From assembly GCF_006345805.1 (NCBI RefSeq), contig NC_042998.1, positions 170,004,001 through 170,068,000 of the forward strand: DNA of 64,000 bases, in the 5' to 3' direction. This document shows positions 14,016-27,006 of the stretch, one piece after another. Each line of letters begins with the position of its first letter. The first letter of the stretch is position 1. The DNA comes from Octopus sinensis (Eukaryota). The notes under the pieces are model-generated. The model was not told the origin of the DNA. It made no database searches and was given only the letters and a program-made list of their open reading frames with translations. The position numbers and the translations under genes were made by a program.

Positions 14016-14289
14016 ATAATTGCAGCATATTGTTTAAGGTGAATACATTGAAACTGGTTTTCAAAATGAAATGGAGCAGTTACCAAGGTAAAAACAGACA
14101 TTAGTGTTAATGAAAATACAATTCCTTTATGAAGTGTAATTTGATTTATTGGGGACGGGGGGAACTATCGTAAGCTGTTTATTAATTTAAAATTTAATTT
14201 CCATAATAGGAAAATGAAAATTAGTTTCTTGTATTATTTAATGACAACAGATCGATAGTTATCATTGGGAAAATGTTTTATTTTATGGT

Positions 14290-14560
14290 TTAATCAAAGA
14301 AGGGCACCATCCATAAACTTTTGCAGAGCTTGCAAGAATGGTGGAGAGTGGGAAGACAAAACTATGACTTGATAATTTGGTCTGAATACTTGTTGCAGGA
14401 TGAACTACTCTAAAGATAGCCAAGGGTCAAGCAGTAGGTGTTAAAGCAGATGACCCAAGGCAGAGTAGAAACTTCGCACAAGTTGGTGAAACCACATGCT
14501 CAAAAAGCAAACTTCCTATCAGATGACTATCTGGCCTACATCAATACACCCAAAATTCAA
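14290..14560 (+). mobile_element. Possible Tc1/mariner transposase remnant
   Basis: Short translated VKADDPRQSR.FA resembles the mariner V.ADPRQT..LA segment; heavily decayed. Confidence 0.3.
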
Positions 14561-15743
14561 ACATTTACTGAAGATTATGTATTCTTGGAGAGAAATTAAA
14601 GAGAATGAATTAAAACTGTTTATGGTTATATTTTCTAGGTTTTGGAAAATTTGAGCTTGTTACTGCTAATTAACCTAATATCAATTTCATGATGCCTTAA
14701 TGTTTACAGAGATGAACTGTACTTTTATATGATATTAACCTACAGCTAAGCGAACAAAGATATTAAAGTATCTTTGCCTGGAATGTATACAGAGCATAAC
14801 TGATGCTAGTGAAAAAATAAGTATTTCTTTGATAAATAAGCATTTTTTGAATTCATCCAACTGAAACTTTTGCTCCAAAAATAGTTGAATTTAAATGTCC
14901 AAACTTTTAAAAGTTAAACCAAAGTTTAATATCTAACCAATGGCTTTCAAATGCTAATGTTTTTAATTTATTATTTTATACTAATTATTTTAAATAATGC
15001 TTCATATCATTTATTCAACTGGATCAACTAAGTCTATTGAAAATAGACATAGAAACTTGATGTTAAGACAATTATAAGCACCAGTGATAGACAAAACAAA
15101 CAGGCCCAGTAGCAAAACTTATTGCTTGTCAAGCCACTGGATTCTCAATTACATTAGAAAAGATTTGCCATTATCTTCACTATTTTATTTTCATATGAGA
15201 TACTGCAAATATGTTCTTTTTCTGAAATTTTTTAAACATTTGAAAAATATTAGCAGTAAGTTCAACATTTTAAAACTTGCTTAACTGTCAGATATGAGTA
15301 TCTTCCAGGCATGCTGTGTAGTTTAATAACCCAAGAAAGCTTGTGTATAAAAATTTGAAATATCAATTATATTGCTAGAAATGATATAGAAAGGAACAAT
15401 AATGTTTTATTGGTTCTGGTCACTGGATTCCAACCATGCTGGTGTACTGCCTTCAAAGGTTTTAGTTTAGATCAATGCTATTGCTTTACCTGATACTTAT
15501 TTTATCAACCATGTAAAAGACAAATAAGTTAGTTATGACATAAAAGGTAGATGACTGATGAATCAAAATACTAGAAGGTATTTTTATTCACCACACTGAT
15601 TCTGCTCATCCTATGCTAATACGCACACAGATGGGCTTCTGTAGTTTCAATCCATATAAAATTTTACTCTTAAGGCTTTGTTCAACCTCAAATAGAAGAT
15701 ACTTGCTAAAGGAACTTATAGTAGGAGGAAATCTGAAGCCATG

Positions 15744-16165
15744 TCATCATCGTCATCATCATCATTTAATGTCCGCTTTCCATGCTAGCATGGGTTGGAC
15801 AAATGACTGAGGGCTGGTGAACCAGATGGCTGCACCAAGCTTCAATCTTGATCTGGCAGAGTTTCTACAGCTGGATGCCCTTCCTAACACCAACCACTCC
15901 GAGAGTGTAGTGGGTGCTTTTATGTACCAGTGAGTCGGTACTGGCAACGACCTCGCTCGAATCTTTTACACATGCCACCGGAACAGGTGCCAGTAAGGCA
16001 ATGCTGGTAATGATCATGCTCAAATGTTGTCTTTTACATGCCACCGGCATGGAGGCCAGATAGCCGCTCTGGCAGCGATCGTGTTCAGATGGTGCTCTTA
16101 ATACCCTACTAGCATGGGGCTCAAGTGCCAGTGAGGTGACGCTGCTAACGATCACACTCGAATGT
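15744..16165 (-). mobile_element. RTE 3'-UTR-derived copy (tail plus subrepeats), inverted relative to the adjacent LINE
   Basis: (CAT)n tail at 15744-15765, then reverse similarity to 19670-19950. Confidence 0.75.
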
Positions 16166-16245
16166 GTCTGCAAATAAACTTTTAAACCATGTGGCCATAC
16201 TTGTGGTTCAGTATGATATCTGGCAAATGCAAGCTTTCTTTTCAG

Positions 16246-16646
16246 GTACATAACACTGCTGTCCCTCATCCCAGGGTCTCAGAGGCCCACACCTCCCACG
16301 CCCTCAACGTTGGCACATTGAAAGGTAGGTCTGGCGAGATAGTCGAGATGCTTGAACGGAGACGTGTTGATGTATGTTGTATGCAAGAAATAAGGTGGAG
16401 AGGAGGATCTGCTAGGGTCCTCACAGGCAAGGAACACAGGTACAAGATTTTCTGGGCAGGGAACACTGACGGGGTTGGTGGCGTGGGTATACTTATCGCT
16501 GAGAAATGGATAGATAGAGTAATTGAGGTAATCAGAGTAAGTGACAGAATACTTAAGATTAGAATAGTGCTTCATAATAGATTAGCAACAATTATATCGG
16601 CCTATGCCCCTCAGCCAGGGCTACCCGATGGACAGAAAGACAGTTT
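16246..16646 (+). pseudogene. APE-type endonuclease, N-terminal half (frame of ORF 16189..16926)
   Basis: NVGTL, MQEIRW, GVGILI and IISAYAPQ motifs; the frame breaks after QKDSF. Confidence 0.9.
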
Positions 16647-19292
16647 TCGACGAACGACAGGGACCTTCTCTTTGTGGCTGGTGATTTCAATGGGCATGTT
16701 GGACGACATGCTGGGGGCTTCCATGGCGTACATGGAGGCTACGGTTATGGTTCCCGCAACGAGGAGGGAACCAGACTGCTGGAGTTCTGCGATGCGAATA
16801 GTCTTATGGTCTGCAACACTAACTTCAGGAAACCAACAAGCCACCTGGTCACCTACCGATCGGGCCGGCATACTAGCCAAATCGACTACATCCTTGCCAG
16901 AAAAAGGGAAAGATGGCTGCTTATAAATGCCAAAACCTTCCCAGGCGAAGAATGCACCCCACAACATAGACTGGTAGTTAGTGACTTTAGGATCAGGACT
17001 AAGAGGGCGACTAGAAGACGACCAACATGGAGAAGAAGGGTCTGGAAGCTTAGAGCCCCTGCGAATGGACAGAGATTTAGAGATATGTTACTTGAAGCCT
17101 TTGACGAAGTGGAAGGGGGTATAGCTACACATGGGGTAGAAGACAACTGGACGTTTCTGAGGGACAACCTCCTGAAAGCCGCTGATCAGATCTGTGGCTG
17201 GTGCAAAGTCCCCTTAAGACCCAAAATAACGTGGTGGTGGAACAATATTGTTGACAGGGCTATTAGACAAAAGAAACAGGCTTGGAAGGCCTGGAAGAAC
17301 GGTGGTAGCAGGGAAGGGTATCAGACTGCCAGAAGGGAAGCTAGGAGACAGGTCTATCAAGCCAGAGGGGAAGCAGATAAGAGAAAATTTGCCAATGTCC
17401 TGCGCCGTGAGGATGAAAGACTTGAGGTATTTCATGTTGCAAGACAGTGTGTGAGAGAGAATCGTGATGTGGTAGGAGAGAAATGTGTTCGCATGGAAGA
17501 TGGTTCACTTGCGCTAAATGAGGATGCAAAGAGAGAAGCTTGGAGACGCCACTATGAAAGGTTACTGAATGAGGAAAATGAATGGGATAACGAGAGTCTG
17601 CCGAATGTTGACCCTACAGAGGGACCAGCTATCCGAGTTGATAGTTCCGTGGTAGCTAAGGCAATTAGAAGCATGAAGACAGGGAAAGCCCCAGGCCCAT
17701 CAGGAATTACTGCAGAGATGCTCAAAATATCTGGCAGTGTCGGCTATAACCTAGTCACCCGTATAGTCAACCAGGTGATACACGAAGGAGTCATACCCAA
17801 TGACTGGTGCAGCAGCATACTAGTCAACTGCTACAAAGGTAAAGGTGATGCCCTAGATACAAATAATTACAGAGGTATCAAGCTGTTGGATCAAGTAATG
17901 AAGGTTACGGAGAGGGTCATAGCCCAACTAATTAGAGAGAGAGTTAGTTTAGATGAGATGCAGTTTGGGTTCGTGCCAGGGAAAAGTACCACTGATGCTA
18001 TATTCCTGGTAAGGCAGCTGCAGGAGAAATACCTAGCCAAAGATAAGCCCCTGTACCTGGCTTTCGTTGACATGGAGAAAGCTTTTGATAGGGTCCCCCG
18101 ATCCCTTATCTGGTGGTCAATGAGGAAACTAGGGATAGATGAATGGCTGGTGAGGACTGTGCAAGCCATGTACAGAGATGCCGTAAGTAAGGTTAGGGTT
18201 GGCAACATGTACACAGAAGAATTCAAAGTAGAGGTTGGGGTCCACCAGGGTTCAGTACTCAGCCCCCTCCTATTTATCATAGTACTCCAGGCAATTACGG
18301 AGGAATTCAAGACAGGCTGTCCCTGGGAGCTCCTCTACGCTGACAACCTTGCTCTTATTGCTGAGTCACTATCAGAACTGGAGGAGAAGTTCCAGGTGTG
18401 GAAGGAGGGTTTAGAATCAAGGGGCCTTAGAGTCAACCTAGCTAAAACCAAAGTACTAATAAGTAGAAAGGTAGACAATCCACAAATATCTTCAGGAAGA
18501 TGGCCCTGCTCGATCTGTAGAAAAGGTGTAGGTAGAAACTCTATAAGATGTACCCAGTGTAAGCTATGGACACATAAGAGGTGCAGCAATGTCAAAGGTA
18601 GGCTAACTGGGAAGATAGTTTTTGTATGTGGCAGATGCTTGGGAGCATTAACCTCCGAAAATCTGCAGAAAACAACTTCCGTCACTTTCCAGGGGGAAAA
18701 ACTAGAAGTAGGTGATAGCTTCCGTTATCTAGGTGACCAAGTCAGTAGTGGGGGTGGGTGCGCTGAAAGTGTAACTGCTAGAATAAGAATAGCCTGGGCA
18801 AAGTTTAGGGAGCTCTTACCTCTGCTGGTGACTAAAGGCCTCTCGCTCAGAGTAAAAGGCAGACTGTATGATGCGTGTGTACGAACAGCCATGCTACATG
18901 GCAGTGAAACATGGGCCGTGACTGCTGAGGACATGCGTAAGCTCGTGAGGAATGAAGCCAGTATGCTCCGATGGATGTGTAATGTCAGTGTACATACTCG
19001 ACAGAGCGTTAGCACCTTGAGAGAAATGTTGTACCTAAGAAGCATCAGTTGTGGTGTGCAAGAGAGACGATTGCGCTGGTATGGTCATGTGGCGAGAATG
19101 GATGAAGATAGGCGTGTGAGAAAGTGCCAATCCCTAGCAGTTGAGGGAACCCGTGGAAGAGGTAGACCCAGGAAAACCTGGGACGAGGTGGTGAAGCACG
19201 ACCTTCGAACTTTAGGCCTCACTGAGGAAATGACCAGAGACCGAGACCTTTGGAAATATTCTGTACGTGAGAAGACCAGGCAGGACAAGTGA
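16647..19292 (+). pseudogene. Endonuclease C-half, reverse transcriptase and PHD-type finger (ORF 16674..19292, 872 aa)
   Basis: GDFNG, SQIDYIL, QHRLVV, KAPGPSG, NYRGIKLL, QFGFVPG, DMEKAFD, GVHQGSVLSP and YADN (normally YADD), then CSIC..CTQC..H..C..CGRC and the RTE-like C-terminus RGRPRKTW. Confidence 0.95.
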
Positions 19293-19375
19293 GCCCAGCC
19301 CACTTATGAATGCCTTTCCTCCCTTGGACACAAAGACCGGTTGAGGCAAGCGAAGTCGATATAGAACCTCATCCG

Positions 19376-19670
19376 ACGACAGACACCCATGCCAACCCCC
19401 CATGCTTGCGAAGACATGTTGGGGCAAGCGAAATCGAAATCGAAACCGAATTGAACCAGCCAGGATCCCTGGCCTGGTGGTACGTAAAAAGCACTATCCG
19501 ACTCGTGGCCGTGGCACGTAAAATACTCCAATGCGACCGTACGACAGGCACCCATGCCAACCCCCTTTGCTTGTGAAGACATGTTGGGGCAAGCGAAATC
19601 GAAATCGAATTGAACCAGCCAGGATCCCTGGTCTGGTGGTACGTAAAAAGCACTATCCGACTCGTGGCCG
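19376..19670 (+). repeat. Tandem duplication (period 165 bp) in the RTE 3' UTR
   Basis: 19376-19511 is near-identical to 19541-19670. Confidence 0.9.
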
Positions 19671-22569
19671 ATGCCAGCACCGCCTCGACTGGCTTCCGTG
19701 CCGGTGGCACATAAAATACACCAATCTGACCGTGGCCGTTGCCAGCCCCGCCTGGCACCTGTGCAGGTGGCACGTAAAAAGCACCCACTCACGGAGTGGT
19801 TGGCGTTAGGAAGGGCATCCAGCTGTAGAAACATTGCCAGATTAGACTGGAGCCTGGTGCAGCCTTCTGGCTTCCCAGAACCCCGGTCGAACCGTCCAAC
19901 CCATGCTAGCATGGAGAACGGACGTTAAACGACGATGATGATGATGATGATATATATATATATATTTATACAAAGACATTTTTTAACTTGTAAAATGCAA
20001 TATGTTTAGCTCCAAAATTAAGGGTTGATTAGATTATATAAATTTACCAAAACATTGTAAAGATTAACCTGACAATTTCCCTTCATATTCTATAGCTTAT
20101 CTCAACCTTTTATCAGCCTTTCCCCTTTGAAAGATGCTGAGTAAAACAATATACAGTGTAATAAATTAGAGTTTAAAACATAGACTGAGTAATAACTTGG
20201 GTCTCCATACTGATATGGCAAGGAAATATAACAGGGCATGTGTTTTAAAACTAAATCGTGATTAAATTAAAAGTGACGGTTTTACATACAAATTCTTTTC
20301 GAAAATGTAAAACTTGCTGAACAATCACTAAGTACACTTTAAAAATAAAAAGATTAAAACAAAATTAAGATAAAATTAATGTGAACCATTCTTTAAGACA
20401 ATCAGAGTAATTGCAGCAGTCTACAACAGAGACAGATTTCTTAGACAGAAAAAAAAAACATGGTTGTATCATGTATTTGCTTCATATTTATAACAGAATT
20501 TCAAGGACAGACAGACAATTGGTGCAAAATAAAACTTATGCTGTTAACAAAGTAAATTTGAGAGATGAGACAGGATAAAAAGATTCTAAATAAGTTGCTT
20601 GTTTACATGTGGGGTGCAAAAATAGTAATATTTGTTTATAGAAGCCAAGCAGTTTAGTTAAGTCATGATTAAAACTCTAACTTGGAGGAGACATTTTGCT
20701 CCCAACGATGCAGTTTAGTTGTTGAATTGCATGTATCTGCACACATATATACACACAGTGCTGATTAATTAAATCAATTATAATATATAAAATAATTAAA
20801 TCTGTGCAAGGTTTCTTTTTTTTATAGGAAACTGATTTCCTGGTGTGTATGTTGTTCTGACGCCTCATGATGTGTTACTTCAAGACAAGACTTCCTTTTT
20901 AAGATGAAAATTTAGCAACAGAAACATTTTTTTGGCAATAACTAGTCCATTGAATATTAAATTCAGGAAGCTGTAGCACAAAGATAAAAAAAACAAAAAA
21001 ACTAGCAGTTAGCAAAATTTTTAAAATACTACCTACCACTTCAGTAATTAACAAGTAGTTTTTAATTAGAAACAAGTATTTAATAAGAAAGATGGTGTAT
21101 CCAAAGAAGTGAATAGGCAAATTCAGAGAATCAAAATGTTTTCAGTGTTTGCTTTAGCTCTCTCTATTCTGAGTCCAAATTCTATCAAGGTCAACTTCAC
21201 CTTTTATCCTTTTTGATTGATAAATCAAGTGCCAGTTCAAGGTGGTGGGATTGGTAGGATTGTTAGAGTAGTCGGTAGGATATCTCGACATATGTCCTGG
21301 CTCTAGTCTGCCTCCAACATTTGTGATGACACTGTTGCCAAGCTTTACTAGCCTTGTTTTCCCCAGGACAACATTAGTTGAGATGTACTTGGACAGTCTT
21401 CTAGACCGAGAACGATATGATTCGGTCTTTATAGACCGTCCGTGTTGGCCTCTCGCAGGTGGCTGCAGAGTTTGTTACCCAGGAAGAATTAATTGAGGTC
21501 AAGAGGACCTGCAATAACGAGGATTTTGTATCCCTCCGTCCGGGCCTGCCAATGCAGGCTTTCCTGCAGGCACCAGGAAACATACTTGGGGATCCAGATG
21601 AGAAGGATTAATGAAAAATGAATTTTTGTTTTTGAAATTTTTATACTTGTATCTAATTACTGCATATTAAATTCTTGAATTTTAAATTGAACAGAGTTTT
21701 CGAAGGGTTATCGGTCGGCGGGCACCGGTGCCCCTCCCATTTTTATTCATTTTTATCGTTATCATCCTCATCACATTAATGTCCTTGTCTAGCCCACAGC
21801 TACTCTGTGTACTGCCCTTGTGGCAAACTATGTGAATAAAAGTAGAGAAGAAACTTCCTGAATGAGCACGCATCCATTCTTCCATAAAACATCTTATCCA
21901 GATCCTTGCCTTTAGAAGGAAATTTCCAGTTGCAGATAAGTAATCTCTGAAAACACATAGAAGCTTTAGTTTGGTGCACCTAAATTACTAGTATTACAAC
22001 AAAACCAATGTCATTTTCCAAAAGTCTATATTTTGATATTAAGCAGTCTATTATTTATATTTCAGTATATTACTTTCAATGGCATTTTTTGATAGAAAAT
22101 TGAATAACTGAAGTTTCAATCTAATTTACCATTTCATTATCTTTTAACTTCCATTTTTCCATACTTCATGGGTTAGAAGGGATTTGTTAAAGAAGATTTC
22201 TTATGGCTAGATGCCCTTCCTATTTCCAATTCTTACTGGTTTCTAAACAAGGTAAATATATCCCCGTGGAAGACAAGAAATGAACAACATTGTTCGTATG
22301 ATGGTGATACTCATTTACAATTATTACATGATGTCAAAAGAAAGGTACATGTGTGCATGCACATTATTTTTATGTCCAATTACAATAAAAACAATTTGAC
22401 ATTAATCTGATGGATTACTCTAAGTTTGCAGAGTATAAATTTATTATTCTTATACAAAAGTGTTGTTGACAAAGACTTCAAAGTTTCAGCCAGTTAAGCC
22501 ATCATTGACTTAGCTGGATGAAACTTCGAAGTGACTGTCAACAACATCCTTGTATAATATACATATGTG

Positions 22570-22614
<45 letters not shown>

Positions 22615-25095
22615 ACACACACATTTTCCAAATCCACTCATAAGAATTTTGGTCAGTCTGGGGCCATAGTATAAGACAGTTGTCCAAAGTTTAATCTGAA
22701 ATATATTGTGGGTATACCAAAGGGTAAACAATACAGGTTTAAGACATCATTGGTATGTAATCAAATACATGAGGACAAATATAAACAAATGTCTTATCCT
22801 TCTACAAATTAGTCTTGAGTAATTAGAGACAACACATTTATTCAACCTGCTCACACAGAAATATAGCACATATTTATAATTACAATATATTCTAATTTTG
22901 GTAAAACAGTTAATCTGATTTGCATAACAACACTTTTGCTGGCTACATAGTCATTCAATTAATGGTACACTGAACAAATGACTAAATAGCTATATTTCCC
23001 TCGCTGTGTGAAGAGATTGCAAGGGGACATCATCTCTGATGAAGTTTACAATTAGTGGAAACCAGGTGGCCAATTCTTTTTCTATCTAATTACATGTCAT
23101 AGCAATGGTCAAAATTTGTATAATTTATCATTATATATAGTATCTTACTATATATTTCAGATTATGGAACATATTGTTTAGTACATCATTAATTAAAAAG
23201 CAAGTTATATAATGAAGGAACATTTAAAGAAAATGTAGAATTAATGTTACAAGCAGGTAGTTTAAACATTAAATGGACAGGGTGGGAAATTAGTCTAGTA
23301 GGTATAAATTTGTTAGGCTATTCTATATAAAAACATAAAAACCTAAATTTTATGATTTAAGTCTACAGAAGTTGACATCAGACAGCAAATTTATGAAATT
23401 TTGTTTTGTATTTCACTTCATTGTATAATAGATGAAAGTGTCATTCTATGCAATTAGGGCAACAATTAACTTCAAATCTACTTTTAATCTAAGTTGTGAA
23501 AGCAGATCAAGGGGTAATTTAATTCCAGATTGCCTGTGATATGTAATGTTGAGATACTTTCATAAATTTTGATGCAAGTGATATGGTCAATAAGAGGTTT
23601 AATATTTATGCATATGTCACTATGGCTTGATACTAGGGAAAGTTTTCTTTTGAATATAAAAAAAATTGTGTCCAAAAAAAAAAAAAGGAATTCTTTTCCC
23701 TTTTAAAGAAAAAGGTATATCTCTGATTCAAGAAATGTAATGAGTAGCAGTGCAATAGAAGACATAAATCAATTTAAGGAACCCCCCCCCCCACCTAAAC
23801 TTGAGATTGAATGGTCGAAAATACATGATACTGATAACTAGATAACAAAATGTGTTGTTTAAGGATATATAGGCATGAATACATAAATGGAGAATGAGAT
23901 AGATAAAAGAATCCTGTATTAGAAATTAGATACAGAATTAGGAGCCATAAAAAGAAACAGTTCTGCAGATTCATTTACACCCCATATCTGAAGACAGTGA
24001 AGATGGAGATAAAAAAAAAGATTACCCTAAAGGTTTTATGTAACAAGCCTGTGATTTTAAAATCCTAAAGAATATTCTCACAGTACTTTATATTTACCTG
24101 CAACAGTTACATAGCTGTCTGTTATCAAAATACAATTTATTATCAAATACAGTTAACATTTTCAGAACTAAGAGCTTGAACCTAAGACACTGCAATAAAT
24201 CGTTCATATAACAATAAATCTAGATGAATACAGATCTGTCATCATTAATATAAAGAATCATCATTATAACATCATTATTAAACATTCATATTCCATACTG
24301 GAGGGAGTTGAACAGTTTGACAGGATCTAACAGGTCAGAGGACTGTTGAGCTCCAATGTCTGTTTTGGTATGGTTTCTGTGGCTGGATGCCCTTCCTAAC
24401 AAAAGGAATATTTTTGAAAATAGACATGCTTACCAATGAAAAGTCAACAAAACCATTATCATCCATCAAAGTAAGTAAATAATGAAATATCAATGATCAA
24501 CTTGGGTTTAAAGTTTTATATTTAATTCATACCAAATTCCAAAAATATCTGCAAAAGCACTTAAGAGAAATTCAATACAAGTTTCTGAAGCAAAACTATC
24601 TACATAATATAAAATGCAATTCAGCCTTGCCATTTTATATACTAAGAATCAATGAACAAGTCTGTAATAAGCAGTTTTCTTACCAAAAGTTTTGTGGTTT
24701 AAAGTCAACAAAAGTTGATCCCAATTGCAAAGTGAGAAGAGAAATTATATCCAAGATATTGATGTCTTAAATGTCAAGTATTTACAAGTATATAAAGCCT
24801 AAATTTACAATGCTACAAAGCCTAAATTATTTATATGCAATTGAAAAAAAGATTGTCTTATCAGCTTGTTTAAGGACAAGGAATATATAGAATATAAAAA
24901 ATTTAATTTTCATAGTTCTTTTACCATTTTGAAATTTGATTTGCTGCTTGTAGTAAAGTACCCAAGAAGGCTGCATTACATTCCACCTGCAAATTTGGTT
25001 GGAAATTATTCACAACCATAATAGAAACCTGTCTTTATCAAGCACATTTTTCTAAGTTCAAAATCACAGTGCTGCACCTTGAGCAAGTGTCTTCT

Positions 25096-25270
25096 TATTT
25101 CTTTACTGCCCACAAGGGGCTTCACACAGAGGGAACAAACAAGGACAGACAAACGGATTAAGTCGATTACATCGACCCCAGTGCATAACTGGTACTTAAT
25201 TTATCGACCCCTAAAGGATGAAAGGCAAAGTCGACCTCGGCAGAATTTGAACTTCTGCCAGCTCGCCACT
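25096..25270 (-). mobile_element. Family A SINE nested in a CORE-like SINE, with a 17-bp TSD
   Basis: TTGAGCAAGTGTCTTCT at 25079-25095 and 25271-25287. Confidence 0.75.
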
Positions 25271-27006
25271 TTGAGCAAGTGTCTTCTACACAAGCCTCAG
25301 GTTGAACAATGCTTCGTGAATTTACAAAATGTAACTTTCATGAAATTTACTAAACATAAACTGGATGGAAGCCTGTTGTATAAATATACACACACAAATA
25401 CACATTTGTGCATATCAATGTCACGTAGTGTGAAGTATATCAAAAGGTAACTGATACCAATAAACATTGATTTGTAAAATTAGAAAAAAACCTTTCTATA
25501 TAAAATTGCTTCTGTTATACCAATATCAAAGCAAGTTGTTTTCCCACAAAATTATTATTATTATTAACATTATCCATCTGTTTCAAATTAAATTGACTGA
25601 AGTGTCTACATTTATGCTAGTAGATAGACTAAAAAGAGATATATAGATAAAAAAAAATGTAGTAATAAATAGCATGTATTATTGAAGTCTGGAAGTTGAG
25701 AGCCAAGATGAAGATATTTTTTACAAATGTTGTTAGGTTGCCACTAAATTTCAAAGTAGAAGATAATACAGTGTTCTTAGGTACTTTACTATATGTTTGA
25801 AAGATAGTGACTAGTAGACAATATGGCTACAGATTAATAATAAATTAAATATATCAAGAAAAAAAATTACTTGGAAAGTATGTGTAAATCACACAAGATA
25901 TGTGTGTGTGTGTTAAGAAAAAATCTAGATCAAAAAGTGCAGAGAGTGTTCAAAATGAACACAATGATGAAGACAAATCAATAATTTCCAAAAGTTTAGA
26001 GAAAAGCAATTTTAGAGAAAAAGAACCATCATTTACAGTCAGGTGTAGAAGCATAGGATGTAAAGAGATAGATGGAACAAAAGAGAGTATCTGTAATTCA
26101 AGAAGAAAGGCCAAATAATAATTGCTGAGGAAGCAAAGGAATTATACAACAGGCTAATCAGAAAAAGTTTACTGTCTCATCAAAATGAAGTGTTGAATGG
26201 TCTTGAGGATGCTGGAAACGGGAAATACTGTACAAACATAAATATAAATACCATGTATTATAGTAGAGTGAATATAAAATTTATAGTTTGATGTAGATAA
26301 AAGCTTGTAATATCTTACAATAAATAGAATTTATAAAATATTGAACTGATGTTCAGTGGAAAATACTACAGTTCATGGTATTACTAGTACAATATCTTTT
26401 ATGAAGAAATATTAGAAAACTAATAACTTTTTAAACTTATCTCTTCAGATTTTCTATAGAAATTGTAGCCAGCATTGATTTGTTTCATATACAAATACAC
26501 CTAATGTAAACAATGTGATTGAAGATGGGACAATAAGTAATTGGTGTATATACATATTTTAGGAGTTCTTGCCCTATCTTCAGCACCACATCCAACCTCA
26601 TTAACCATCTACAAACTCATTGCTTAAATAGTTACTAAATATAACAGTTTAACACTATTGTAGTATACTATGGTTGCATAACAAAATATGGTGTCCCTAC
26701 AAGTAATTTAATAGAAAACTAATTTTTATTTAGCAGCAGCAATTTCATATATTTGCAATTTGGTGATTTCTTCAATTTTGTTTAATCTAAAAGCAAATTA
26801 CAAATTTTTTCAAACATCAGAAGTTATTCATATTCTTTGTGAATGGCAATTATTTGATTTTCATAGTTGAAGCAATGTACAAAAGTTGCAGAAGTTTAAA
26901 ATTTGAAAATATCACAACAAATCAAAACTTCATTTGCAAACTATTAGTTGTTACACTAGCTTTTACCTTGGAGTTCAACAAAGTCAGTCAACATCTGTGT
27001 TTGTTT

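Larger units (their letters stand above)
16245..19950 (+). mobile_element. Near-full-length RTE-clade non-LTR retrotransposon
   Basis: One EN-RT reading frame split by a single frameshift, a ~650-bp 3' UTR and a (GAT)n tail at ~19933-19950 running into (AT)n. Confidence 0.95.

Noticed and set aside
19304-19928. Overlapping ORFs in the RTE 3' UTR (up to 202 aa) and similar ORFs at 48767, 55284 and 57057
   Set aside because: These are GC-richer repeat sequence with few stops and no recognisable domain; they recur only because the UTR is repeated.
15744-19950. Twin-priming inversion explanation for the inverted tail upstream of the RTE
   Set aside because: Twin priming inverts internal 5' sequence, not a second (GAT)n tail, and the upstream copy is more diverged; an independent older insertion is more likely.
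24434-24548. Minus-strand segment with acceptor- and donor-like ends
   Set aside because: All three frames contain stops; at best a UTR exon, unsupported.
25900-26230. Possible pogo/Tigger transposase HTH remnant (IIAEEAKELYNRL)
   Set aside because: One short motif only, with no TIRs found.
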